From Gemmatimonadota bacterium (lineage in GTDB: Bacteria; Gemmatimonadota; Gemmatimonadetes; Palauibacterales; Palauibacteraceae), in contig OY762926.1 in the NCBI GenBank assembly GCA_963666735.1, positions 2,336,001 through 2,400,000 on the forward strand: 64,000 bases of DNA. Direction: 5' to 3'. The position numbers and the translations under genes were made by a program. Under the pieces are notes generated by a model. It did no database searches, was not told where the DNA came from, and worked only from the letters and a program-made list of their open reading frames with translations. Shown in pieces: positions 47,764 to 57,007 of the stretch (positions are counted from its first letter, which is position 1; each line of letters starts with the position of its first letter).

Positions 47764-48969
47764 TCAACGGCCGCCCGCGATCGTGACCAGCTCCGGGGGG
47801 AGAGGGTAGAGGGACACATACTCGATGTCGAGTTCGTCGGTTTCCGTTGCGATCAGGCGCCACCGGCCGACGCGCGTGAGGTTGGCGTTCGGAGGGAGCG
47901 CGAGGCGGCCCAGGAGGCGTCCTTCTCCGTCGAACGCGAGCCACCGTTCCCCTTCGGGATCGCCCGGGCGAGGCATCTCCCCTACCCACACGCCCCCGTC
48001 CGGGGCGGGACGAAGTCCGGACACGGTGCCGAACTGCTCGGCGGCGGGTGTCGCGTCGAAGCGGCGCAGGGCCGATTGCCGCTGTTCGTCCGGCACCCGG
48101 CGGCTTAGGGCCTCGCGGGCCGCGGCCACATGCGCCTCCCTGACGGTGCGGTCGCGTCCCGTCCAGCGGATCAGCCGGGTCAGCCGCCCTGCAAAATCGA
48201 GGATGCGGACCTCGTACGCATTCCCCGGCGTGAGCGCGATGCCGTCCCTCAGGGCGCGAGCTCCGGCCAGTCCCTCGAAGTGCCGGGCGACGAAGACGGT
48301 CTCGTCGCCGATTTCGACGGGCCCGAGGTTCCAGCCGGGGACATTGAACACCGTATCCCGGGAGGCTCCCGTCGCGTCGTAGCGCATCCCGGTGAGCGGC
48401 GACCACGTGAACTCGCCGGAGCGGGTCATGCGGAGGCTTGTGACGAGGACGCTCCCGTCCCCGAAGCGTCCCGCGGGAATCGGAGCCGCCGGGACCGGGC
48501 GCAGCGGACTCACCGAGAGGAACCTTCCACCCTCGGTCCAGTAGGCGAGCCGCCGGTTTCTCCAGTCGTAGATCACCAGGGAGTCGGCCCCCGCCTTCCA
48601 CAGCCGTTGTGGGAGGCCGAATTCCCGCGGACCCTGGCCCAGAGACCCGAAGAAGGCGCGGATCGTACCGTCCGGGTTGAAGAAGCGGAGGAGCGGCTCG
48701 ATCTGGGCCGCTACGGCAACGGATCCGTCGTCCAGCTCAAGTGCGTCGACGACCCGAAACATCTGCTCCTCGGGCGGGCCGTCCCGCCGGCCCAGCCGCA
48801 GCTTCCTCTCGGGGAGGACCAACTCGGGAACGTTTCCCCCGTTCTCGGCGATCTCGATGCCCGCGCTGTCGCGCACGGAGAACTCCCGGGACCGGTCACC
48901 GGAGGAAGCCTCGCACCCGATGCACAGGACCGCCGCAGCCAGGGATGTTGCCGCGCGGAAGTTGTCCAT
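47764..48969 (-). CDS. 6-bladed beta-propeller lipoprotein, array copy 6
   Basis: LCIGC lipobox, VRDSAGIEIAEN, GQGPREF, DELDIEYVSLY. Confidence 0.8.
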   Translation of the reverse strand: MDNFRAATSLAAAVLCIGCEASSGDRSREFSVRDSAGIEIAENGGNVPELVLPERKLRLGRRDGPPEEQMFRVVDALELDDGSVAVAAQIEPLLRFFNPDGTIRAFFGSLGQGPREFGLPQRLWKAGADSLVIYDWRNRRLAYWTEGGRFLSVSPLRPVPAAPIPAGRFGDGSVLVTSLRMTRSGEFTWSPLTGMRYDATGASRDTVFNVPGWNLGPVEIGDETVFVARHFEGLAGARALRDGIALTPGNAYEVRILDFAGRLTRLIRWTGRDRTVREAHVAAAREALSRRVPDEQRQSALRRFDATPAAEQFGTVSGLRPAPDGGVWVGEMPRPGDPEGERWLAFDGEGRLLGRLALPPNANLTRVGRWRLIATETDELDIEYVSLYPLPPELVTIAGGR

Positions 48970-48978
48970 CCATCCCTC

Positions 48979-50139
48979 CTACGGGATCCGGGCGAAGCGG
49001 ACGCGTACGGCTCGCCAGACATCGAGAGAGTCGCGCGTCGTGCCGTAGAGGGCCGTCTCGGTGACCCAGGGAGATCCGAGGTGGCTGACGCGGCGCGGCC
49101 AGCGGTAGCGCGCCACCAGCGTTCCCGCGCGGTAGACATCGGCTTCACGCATCTGCTGTCCCTCGACACCCGTCTTCTCCACCCACATCCGGCCGGCGCG
49201 ATCGAAGAAGAGTCCTTCGAGGACCGGCTTGCGATCCGGGATCCCCCATGGGTGTGCCCGCAGGTCGAATCTCTCCTTCTCCCGGTCGATGCGGGCTTGC
49301 GCGCCGCGCCGCTCATCCGGGCTCAACTCCGGTCCCCGCAGCGGCGCCCGGACCAATGACGTGCTCCCGTCGGGATGGCGGAGCGTGACCGCGTACGCGG
49401 AACTGATCGCCGTGGCCCACCAGCCTCCCGTCCCGTGCCCGTGAATCCATAGCGGACCGAAGGGCTGGTAAACGAAGAATGAGGCGGCCTGATCTCCAAT
49501 CATGATGTCGACCGGGCTGAAGCCGGTGGCCTGCTCCTCGGCCGTCGCCATCGGGACCGTATCCACGGTCGTGCCGGGACCCAGGTGAAAGCGTGTGAAC
49601 CGGGTGTCGCCGGCCGCCATCCCGAGATCCACGAGCCGGCCCTCCGCGTCGAAGGTCACCGGAGCGATCAGGTTGAAGGAGGCGTTGAGGCTCCTGAGGC
49701 CGCGTACGTACTCCGCGCCCTCGTCCTCGAGTCTGAACGCGCTGTAGCGGACACTCTCCCGAACCCAAAGGAGGCCGTTGGGCCCGAACGTCATGCAGCA
49801 GGGATTCGTCATCTCGCCGGGACCCTCCCCCTGGCCGCCGAAGCTGAAGGCGAAGCGGCCGTCCGGCTCGAACACCCGCACCTCGTGAGTCTGGTAGTCC
49901 GCGACGATCATCCGCCCGCGTTCGTCTTCCACCACGGAGCCGATGGTCGTGAACAGGTAGGGATCCTCCCCCTCGACCTCGCCGATCTCGAGGTCGACCG
50001 ACCCCTCCCAGACCGGGACTTCGCGCGGCGCCTGGGAACCGCCATTCGTACACGCGCTGACGCCCAGGACCAGCGCGACCCCAATCGCCATTCCGCCGAA
50101 TGTCCCCGCGTCCCCCGGGATCGCCGGTCCGGGCTTCAT
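48979..50139 (-). CDS. 6-bladed beta-propeller lipoprotein, array copy 5
   Basis: VSAC lipobox, GGQGEGPGEM, DSLDVWRAVRV; ATGA overlap with upstream stop. Confidence 0.8.
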   Translation of the reverse strand: MKPGPAIPGDAGTFGGMAIGVALVLGVSACTNGGSQAPREVPVWEGSVDLEIGEVEGEDPYLFTTIGSVVEDERGRMIVADYQTHEVRVFEPDGRFAFSFGGQGEGPGEMTNPCCMTFGPNGLLWVRESVRYSAFRLEDEGAEYVRGLRSLNASFNLIAPVTFDAEGRLVDLGMAAGDTRFTRFHLGPGTTVDTVPMATAEEQATGFSPVDIMIGDQAASFFVYQPFGPLWIHGHGTGGWWATAISSAYAVTLRHPDGSTSLVRAPLRGPELSPDERRGAQARIDREKERFDLRAHPWGIPDRKPVLEGLFFDRAGRMWVEKTGVEGQQMREADVYRAGTLVARYRWPRRVSHLGSPWVTETALYGTTRDSLDVWRAVRVRFARIP

Positions 50140-51404
50140 GAGCCGGAGCGGTCGAGAGGCCAGGACTCCACGTACTCGATGCCGAGTTCGTCTCGCCGGG
50201 TACCGAGGATGTAGTCCTCGCCGATCTCGGTGACGGCGAAGCTGCCGGGCATCTCGACCAGCCCGAGGGCGCGGCCCTCCGGATCGAATACGGTCCACAG
50301 CCGGTGCGTCTCCCCGGGCAGCCGGTATTCCTCGACCCAGAGGTGGCCCATCCGGTCGGCGAGCACCCGGCCGAAGGCGGGGAACGCCTCGACGAGCGGC
50401 ATGTCGGCGACCGCTTCCAGCGCCTCGGGCCGGCCGGGGTTCTGCCGGGCCACGGCGTCGCGCAGGTCGGCCCTGGTCGGAGCCCGGGCCTCGTGGTCGC
50501 GGCGGACGATCCTCGCGAGCGACCCGTCCGGCCGGTAGGCGCGGATCTCATAGCGGTCGTTGGTGGTGATGACGACCAGGTCACCCCACACGAAGGCGGA
50601 CGCGCTGCGATTGAAGGGATAGGCGCGGGGCCACGGCGGCCCCTCGGCCGTGTTGACGAGGTACAGTTCCGATCCGGGGTACGCGCCCAGATCCCGCTGC
50701 ACGCTCCCGTCCGCGTGGAGGATCCCATACTCCAGATCCGGCCGGATGACCTCCGAAGTGCCCGGTTCCCCGCGCTCGAACGTCACGAGCGTGGCGGCAA
50801 GGATCCTGCCGTCCGGGAGCGGCCCGGCCACCCGCTGGTAGCCGCCCGGCAGCCGGAGGGCGCGACCGAACGTCCCATCCGCGGAGAAGATTGAGATCCG
50901 GCTACTGAAGGAGTCTCTGGCCATTAGCGAGTCGCCCGGCCACGGTTCCACCCCTCCCGGAGCCATGGCTCCGAATTCGCCGGGACCATCGCCCTGGCCG
51001 CCCCACGATGCGAGGTGGACGCCGTCCGTGTGGTAGACGCGAAGCTCCCCGGTCCCTGCGTTGGCGACCACGATCCGTCCGTCCGAGAGTCGCATCGCGC
51101 CGCCTACCCGGAAGAGTTCGTACGCGGGGTCGCCCTCTGCCGTCCCGATGGTCGCGGTCGGCGTGGGCCCGACCCGCCATCCCAGCCGCGAATCGAGCGC
51201 GGGTCGGCCGTTGTCGACGACCATGACGCCGGCGCTGTCGCGCACCGTGCTTCGCAGGCCTCCAGCGCCTCCGCCGCCGCCCGGGCCGCCCGAGCACGCT
51301 GCCCAGAACATGCCACAGAGGACGCCGACGAGGACGGGCGGAAGGAACCCCGGAATCCGCATCGTGCCGGGTCTTCGGATGGTCATGGCTTGTCCAGTGG
51401 TCAT
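50136..51404 (-). CDS. 6-bladed beta-propeller lipoprotein, array copy 4
   Basis: WAAC lipobox, VRDSAGVMVVDN, GGQGDGPGEF, DELGIEYVESW; closest paralog of 46504-47718. Confidence 0.8.
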   Translation of the reverse strand: MTTGQAMTIRRPGTMRIPGFLPPVLVGVLCGMFWAACSGGPGGGGGAGGLRSTVRDSAGVMVVDNGRPALDSRLGWRVGPTPTATIGTAEGDPAYELFRVGGAMRLSDGRIVVANAGTGELRVYHTDGVHLASWGGQGDGPGEFGAMAPGGVEPWPGDSLMARDSFSSRISIFSADGTFGRALRLPGGYQRVAGPLPDGRILAATLVTFERGEPGTSEVIRPDLEYGILHADGSVQRDLGAYPGSELYLVNTAEGPPWPRAYPFNRSASAFVWGDLVVITTNDRYEIRAYRPDGSLARIVRRDHEARAPTRADLRDAVARQNPGRPEALEAVADMPLVEAFPAFGRVLADRMGHLWVEEYRLPGETHRLWTVFDPEGRALGLVEMPGSFAVTEIGEDYILGTRRDELGIEYVESWPLDRSGS

Positions 51405-52669
51405 GGCTTGTCCAGGGGATAGAGGCGCACTTGCTGGATGTCCTGCGCGTCGCGCCATACGCCGAGGATGTAGTCGTCGCCGATTTCCAGACCCGGCGCG
51501 AAGTTCGGGATGAAGCCTCGTTCCAACCCGCCGGGCACGGAGACGCTGCCCAACCACGTGCCGTCGGCAGCGAAGACCTCGAAGGGCCCGATGTCTGTCC
51601 CGGCACCGAAGAACGGCTCCACCCAGAGATTCCCCCCGGCATCCAGGCGGATGGAGCGCAAGACTGGCAGCGTCGGGGCCCTGGGGTCCTCGCGCCGGCT
51701 CCGCGCCATGTCCTCCGCCTGTTCGCGCGAGACGCCGCCGTACAGGACGTTCGTCTCGATGTACTTCTCGATCTCGGCATCCACGTGGGCAGTCGTGACG
51801 GGGGGCGGCGCGATGTCGCGGTGCAGGATCCGCGCGATCCTGCCGTCTTCGAGGCTGAACAACCGTATTTGGTACGCCTCTGTATCGACGGCCGCGAGCG
51901 TCCCGGGAGCGACGGCGAACCGAGGCCCCTTTCCAAAATCGTAATCGATGCGCGCGACGCTTTCGCCATAACGTCGTATGACAATCTCTGGACCGGGAAA
52001 ATCCGACACCACCTTGATCGTCCCGTCCGAAAGATCGAGGGTGGCGATCCTGATCCCCGGCCATCTCACGACGCCTCCCTCGGGCATGTCACCGCCATCC
52101 GCGAAGTTCATGATCAGCCGGCGGCCCGAGACTCCCACGGCCGATCGAGGCCAAGACCCGCGCCAGGGCGGCTCCACCGGGAGCGTGCGGACGAGTTCGC
52201 CTTCAGCGTCGAAGATCTGTACGCGCCGCAGTCGGATGTCGTACGTAACGAGGGAGTCGCCCGCGAGCAAACCGAGGAAGGAGAGAAACTGGTGTTCGCC
52301 GGGCCCTTCGCCCGCTCCGGCCGCACGCCACACGAAGGTCTCGTTGCGATCGTAGCGGCGGAGTTCACCGGAGCCCCCGTCCGCGAGGACGATGTCGCCC
52401 GAGCTGAGGCGTACCGCCCCTATGACATCGTCGAGCAGGTAATCGGGATCTCCGATGGCGGTCCCGATCTCGAGCAACGGCTCTTCGCCCACGGTCCAGC
52501 CTTCGTCCGGCCCCCACAGCGGCTCGACAGCCGTGGCGACCGCCACGCCTGCGGAATCCGAGTGCAGCGTGCCCGTCGGCGCCCCCGTCGAATCACAGGC
52601 CTGCAGAACGAACACGACCAGGAGCGGAAGGAGACAACCGCGGCAGCGCGGCAGCCGTGACCGACCCAT
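51401..52669 (-). CDS. 6-bladed beta-propeller lipoprotein, array copy 3
   Basis: LQAC lipobox, DSAGV, GAGEGPGEH, DAQDIQQVRLY. Confidence 0.8.
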   Translation of the reverse strand: MGRSRLPRCRGCLLPLLVVFVLQACDSTGAPTGTLHSDSAGVAVATAVEPLWGPDEGWTVGEEPLLEIGTAIGDPDYLLDDVIGAVRLSSGDIVLADGGSGELRRYDRNETFVWRAAGAGEGPGEHQFLSFLGLLAGDSLVTYDIRLRRVQIFDAEGELVRTLPVEPPWRGSWPRSAVGVSGRRLIMNFADGGDMPEGGVVRWPGIRIATLDLSDGTIKVVSDFPGPEIVIRRYGESVARIDYDFGKGPRFAVAPGTLAAVDTEAYQIRLFSLEDGRIARILHRDIAPPPVTTAHVDAEIEKYIETNVLYGGVSREQAEDMARSRREDPRAPTLPVLRSIRLDAGGNLWVEPFFGAGTDIGPFEVFAADGTWLGSVSVPGGLERGFIPNFAPGLEIGDDYILGVWRDAQDIQQVRLYPLDKP

Positions 52670-52730
52670 GACGCTCTCCCCGTGGCAGGTTCAGTGTGGC
52701 AAGTTCAGTCGTACCGAGCCGGAGACACGA

Positions 52731-53951
52731 TCAACGGCGGCTTGGTTGCACGGAGACCAGCTCGTACACCGCCACGTTCTCCAGGTCCATGTCGTCCCTG
52801 AGCACCCCGAGGACGAGTCCTCCGGTCACATCGAGGACGCGGAACCTGGACGGAGTCTCAACCTGTCCCAGCCACTCCCCGTCCGGGGAAATAACGGCGT
52901 ACGGCGACCCTTCCTCCGGATAGCCCGGCCGGTAGGCGGGCAGCCACACGTTTCCGTCGGCGTCGGCGAAGGGGGAACCGAAGAGCGGTATCGGTTGGCC
53001 GATCATGGCGCGATACCGGGCCATGTCTTCCTGAACCATCTCCTCGAGCCGGGCTTCAGATACTCCGTAGTTCATCCGGCCGATCATTAGGTTGTAGGCC
53101 TCGACGTCCACCAGGAGTTCGTCGGTCAGCAGGTTGGGCTCGGGCCGCCAGCGCAGGATCTGGTTTACCGTGCCGTCCGGCAAACGCCAAGTGATCTCGG
53201 GCCTGTCGGACCTCGTGTAGACGAACCGCCCTGCAGCGGTCGTGACCTCGCCAACGGGCTGGATGATCGGGTTCGCCGCACCCCGCGTTGCTCGCGGCAT
53301 GTGGTCGTACGACGCGACCGTGTCCAGCGCACCGGTTTCAGTATCGAACAGGGTCATGTGCCCGCCGAGCCACTCCTCCTCTATATCGAACCATGACCGG
53401 TTGGGGTATCGGTTCCAGAGCAGCAACTCACCGGATGCACCGATCCCCGCCACACCGATGTGGGCTACCCGAGGGGTGCTCACGATGCGCGCGACCGCAT
53501 CGCCGACGAAGAGAGTGAGGCGAGACAGACGACGGTCTGGCACAAGGACGCTGTCCTGGCCCAAGACGAACGCCGAGTAGGGTTCGATCACTTCGCCCGG
53601 ACCCTCTCCAACCCTCGCGAGCACCTTGTGCGTCGTCCCCTCCGGACTCAAGACGACCACTTCGCCGTACCACTCGGCGACGACCGCGCCTCCATCCGGG
53701 AAGAGCCGGCCGGCGTCGACCGACACGAACTCGTAGTTGCCCGGGTTCGCGCCGTGCCGGTATCGCGGTTCCGCCCCCAGAGCGAAGGGCGCCTCAACCT
53801 CGGGCACTCCGGCATACTCGACGATCCGTACGCCGGCGCTGTCCCGGACCTGGACCCGAATGTCGTCGGAGAGCCCGGGGCCTCCCCCGCAGGCGGCGAG
53901 GGCCGGCGCCAAGATCGATATTGGGCTCAGCGTTGTTACGCGGCTCTTCAC
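52731..53951 (-). CDS. 6-bladed beta-propeller lipoprotein, array copy 2
   Basis: LAAC lipobox, VRDSAGVRIVE, GEGPGEV, DDMDLENVAVY; GTGA overlap with upstream stop. Confidence 0.8.
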   Translation of the reverse strand: MKSRVTTLSPISILAPALAACGGGPGLSDDIRVQVRDSAGVRIVEYAGVPEVEAPFALGAEPRYRHGANPGNYEFVSVDAGRLFPDGGAVVAEWYGEVVVLSPEGTTHKVLARVGEGPGEVIEPYSAFVLGQDSVLVPDRRLSRLTLFVGDAVARIVSTPRVAHIGVAGIGASGELLLWNRYPNRSWFDIEEEWLGGHMTLFDTETGALDTVASYDHMPRATRGAANPIIQPVGEVTTAAGRFVYTRSDRPEITWRLPDGTVNQILRWRPEPNLLTDELLVDVEAYNLMIGRMNYGVSEARLEEMVQEDMARYRAMIGQPIPLFGSPFADADGNVWLPAYRPGYPEEGSPYAVISPDGEWLGQVETPSRFRVLDVTGGLVLGVLRDDMDLENVAVYELVSVQPSRR

Positions 53952-55051
53952 CGGACGAAGGGCAGGCCTGCGATGTCGTACCAGTCGAGGGCTCGATCGG
54001 GCATCCCGCCGGCATCGTCCGGCCCGGCCTGCCGGTCGACAAGCACGACCAGGGTCGACCCAAGGAGGTCGAAGGCCTGGAGCCGATCCCTGACCCGCAC
54101 CGACCCGACGTATTCGGCGTTCTCGTACACGTCCAGCCAGGACCATTCATGCTGGTCGCGCCGGGTGGCGATCCAGTAGCGGTTGGCGTCGTCGAACAAC
54201 TGCTGGCCCGTGGACAGATGGTAGTTCTTCGGGGTGGCGCGATAGTCGTCCACCTGCTCCTCGACACCCTGCGAGATGGGGAAGCCCCGCTCCCTGTTGA
54301 AGCGCCTGAGCGTCTCTTCGAACCGTGCCACGTCCCGCTCGTTCGGAAGTTCCGGGACGTACATCGGGGCGCGAAGCACCGTGGCGTCACCGGTGTCGCC
54401 GACGAAGATCAGATGCCCTTCGCAGCCCACGAACGCCCACCCCTCTCTCCGGTCCGGGATGCCATGGATGACCTGCCCGCACTCGACGCCCCACGGCCCG
54501 TGCGGCGAGCCCTCCTGCCGCACGACCGCCCCGGAGGCAAGGTCCACCTCGTACCGGGTCATCAGCGAACCGGAGCCGTCGCCCCGGAGCATCTCCATGT
54601 AGTCCAGCGACACGCCCGAGACCGCGGCGCCGAACGATGGGCCGGGCTGGAACACGCTTGGCAGCACCACGGCGGACACGTAGGCGCCCGATGGCTCGAA
54701 GACCGAGAAGCGGCCCAGGCCGGAATCGATCACGCCGACGGTTCCCGCCTCTCCGCGGGCGAGATACGCGGGATCGCCAAACTCGCCGGGGCCTTCGCCC
54801 TCGCGACCGAAGACTCCCGCGACGGCGCCGTCCCCCGCCACGCAGCGGACCCGCCCTTCGTAGGAGTCGATGACGCAGGCGGTTCGCTCGTCCGCGAGAA
54901 GCGCGAGTGAGGGATTATCGCTGAGAGGCACGGCCGTCGTATGGATCAATTCGGGCGTAAAGATGGCCTCGTCGCCGGCGTCGCCCGGACCGCATGCCCC
55001 GGCGAAGACCAGGAGCGAATAACACGCTGCGCGGACCCGGCCACTCAGCAC
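53948..55051 (-). CDS. 6-bladed beta-propeller lipoprotein, array copy 1
   Basis: AGAC lipobox, FGREGEGPGEF; overlaps stop of HEAT gene. Confidence 0.78.
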   Translation of the reverse strand: MLSGRVRAACYSLLVFAGACGPGDAGDEAIFTPELIHTTAVPLSDNPSLALLADERTACVIDSYEGRVRCVAGDGAVAGVFGREGEGPGEFGDPAYLARGEAGTVGVIDSGLGRFSVFEPSGAYVSAVVLPSVFQPGPSFGAAVSGVSLDYMEMLRGDGSGSLMTRYEVDLASGAVVRQEGSPHGPWGVECGQVIHGIPDRREGWAFVGCEGHLIFVGDTGDATVLRAPMYVPELPNERDVARFEETLRRFNRERGFPISQGVEEQVDDYRATPKNYHLSTGQQLFDDANRYWIATRRDQHEWSWLDVYENAEYVGSVRVRDRLQAFDLLGSTLVVLVDRQAGPDDAGGMPDRALDWYDIAGLPFVR

Positions 55052-56937
55052 CGTTCCGGACCGCCCTCCCGTGGAGGCGGGATCGTGTCGGTCGCCGCCG
55101 CCGGCAGGAACTCGAGGAGAAAGCCCACGGCTTCCTCGGCGCCCGTGCGCCCGAGCCAGTAGATCCCACGCTCACGTACTTCCGCGTCGGTTTCCTGGCG
55201 AATCAGGTCCATCATCGTCGACGCCGCCCCGGAGTCGGAATCCACCCTCCGATAGATGGCGTACATCGCGTGCCGCCGCATGAAGGGCTCCGTGAAATCG
55301 CGATAGAGTTGGGCAAGGCCCGCGACGTCGGCCGATGTGCCCTCCGCCCAGGCGTCGAAGGCTTCACCCCGGACGCCTTCGGACGCGGAAGAGTCGAGAG
55401 CGATCGCATAGACCCAGGCGGCGGACTCCTCGTCACCCGTCCTACGCAGCTTGGCCCCCAGTTGGTCCAGGAGATATTGCTTGACTTGATCTTGATCCGC
55501 GTACGACGCGACGTCTTCGTAAATCGTGATGAGCTGGCCGCCAGTCACTTCCTCGCGTCTACCGAGTTGACGGATCGCCTGGCGGCGGAGCCTCAACGAT
55601 GCCGATCGATCGGCGATGACGTCGGCGAGCGCGCCCAGGACCCAGATGGGTTTCGTCGCCCAATACCGACTGCTTCCAAGCCCGTCAACTGCGGCCAGCC
55701 TGGTGGTCTGGTCCTCGGCGTCGAGCTTCGACCGGAGTACCAGGTACGCGTCGTAGGAGTCGAAACGCCACAGTTCCGCAACGGCGGCCCGGCGGACCGG
55801 TTCGTCCAAGTGGCCCTGAACGACGCCGAGAAGCACTGCCTGGGCTTCATCCGTCGCCTCCTGGCCAATGAGTCCGACGACCTCATCGTGAAGCAGTATC
55901 GAGCAGTCGTCCTCGCGGTCCAGGACGCCGCGCAGGATCTGCATGCGATTGACGTCGAAACGCATGAGCGCCTCGAGCGCGGCAAGCTGCACCGACACGC
56001 CCTCGCACGCCTCCTGCTGCCCGGTCCGGGCGCGGTAAGGTTCCTGGTACTCCGCTACTGCCTCCCGCACGTATGCCGTCGCCCATTCGGCATATTCCGC
56101 CGCGGCTTGGTCGGCTCGTGCCACCTCGTAGAATGTCTCGGCCAGCGTAGTTGCGAGCGGCTCCTGCCGTGCGCGCCGGGCCGCGGCCGGAGAATCTGCT
56201 CCGTCACGGGCTTCCGCCATCGCCGCGTCCGCCATGATCGAGTCCGGCGGCGGGTAGGCTCCTGCGTTGATTACATCCGCTTGCCGGCCGGCCGCCCCAA
56301 ACGCCGCCGCCGCCATCGTGTCACCCTGCGCCGGCAGCAATGTCCGCCTTTGGATTACCAGGTGCGCCAACGGATCCGGCGATTCGACATCGTCGGTTAT
56401 CGCCGCCGGTAGTGAGGGGAATCCGGACTCCGCGTCGAGAGCCGCCTCCGCCTCGCGGAGCAGGTCGGCCGTCTCATCCGCATCGCCGCGGGCCGCCAGC
56501 TGACTTCGGATCTCGAACTCCAGCGCCCGCGCATCGTGGTACAGGCGCCCGGTCTCCCTATACCTGCCGACTCCTGTCTGCGCCTCTTCGAACCCGATCA
56601 TGAGGGTTTCCAACAGCAACCGCGCCTCGGCCAGATCGCCGAGCCGATAGCGGGCGAATGCCTCCCAATAGTAGGAATCCGCCTCAAAGCGCGGTGACGA
56701 CGTGATGCTTTCGGTGCGGATCTCCTTGAAGAGTTCCGCCGCGCGCGCGAATTCCTCCGCGTTGATGGCGCGACGCGCCTCGAGAAACGCCGCGACTTCC
56801 GTCTGTTTGACGGTCTGTGCCGAGAGGGCGTCCGCTCCGAGCATCCGGAGCCGACCGGATGCGGGTACTGCCTGGACCGCTGCAAAACCGGCCAGCAGCA
56901 GCCCAACCGAGATCAGGCTCTTCGCGCGATGGTTCAT
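55045..56937 (-). CDS. Exported TPR-like + HEAT-repeat protein
   Basis: Signal peptide; EARRAINAEEF..AAELF…YYWEAFARYRLG; HEAT-like VRRAAVAEL, VRERGIYWLG; GGAGGA RBS. Confidence 0.75.
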   Translation of the reverse strand: MNHRAKSLISVGLLLAGFAAVQAVPASGRLRMLGADALSAQTVKQTEVAAFLEARRAINAEEFARAAELFKEIRTESITSSPRFEADSYYWEAFARYRLGDLAEARLLLETLMIGFEEAQTGVGRYRETGRLYHDARALEFEIRSQLAARGDADETADLLREAEAALDAESGFPSLPAAITDDVESPDPLAHLVIQRRTLLPAQGDTMAAAAFGAAGRQADVINAGAYPPPDSIMADAAMAEARDGADSPAAARRARQEPLATTLAETFYEVARADQAAAEYAEWATAYVREAVAEYQEPYRARTGQQEACEGVSVQLAALEALMRFDVNRMQILRGVLDREDDCSILLHDEVVGLIGQEATDEAQAVLLGVVQGHLDEPVRRAAVAELWRFDSYDAYLVLRSKLDAEDQTTRLAAVDGLGSSRYWATKPIWVLGALADVIADRSASLRLRRQAIRQLGRREEVTGGQLITIYEDVASYADQDQVKQYLLDQLGAKLRRTGDEESAAWVYAIALDSSASEGVRGEAFDAWAEGTSADVAGLAQLYRDFTEPFMRRHAMYAIYRRVDSDSGAASTMMDLIRQETDAEVRERGIYWLGRTGAEEAVGFLLEFLPAAATDTIPPPREGGPERC

Positions 56938-57007
56938 CGTATCCTCCAGGACGTTCTGTCTTGTCCGTTTTCCGTGGTGTCGCGTTGAGGTCGTATTGTC
57001 GGCTCGC

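Noticed and set aside
46504..55051. Propeller array as an integron cassette array or DGR target set
   Set aside because: No shared attC-like palindromes, several genes overlap directly, and there is no integrase, reverse transcriptase or TR/VR pair in the window
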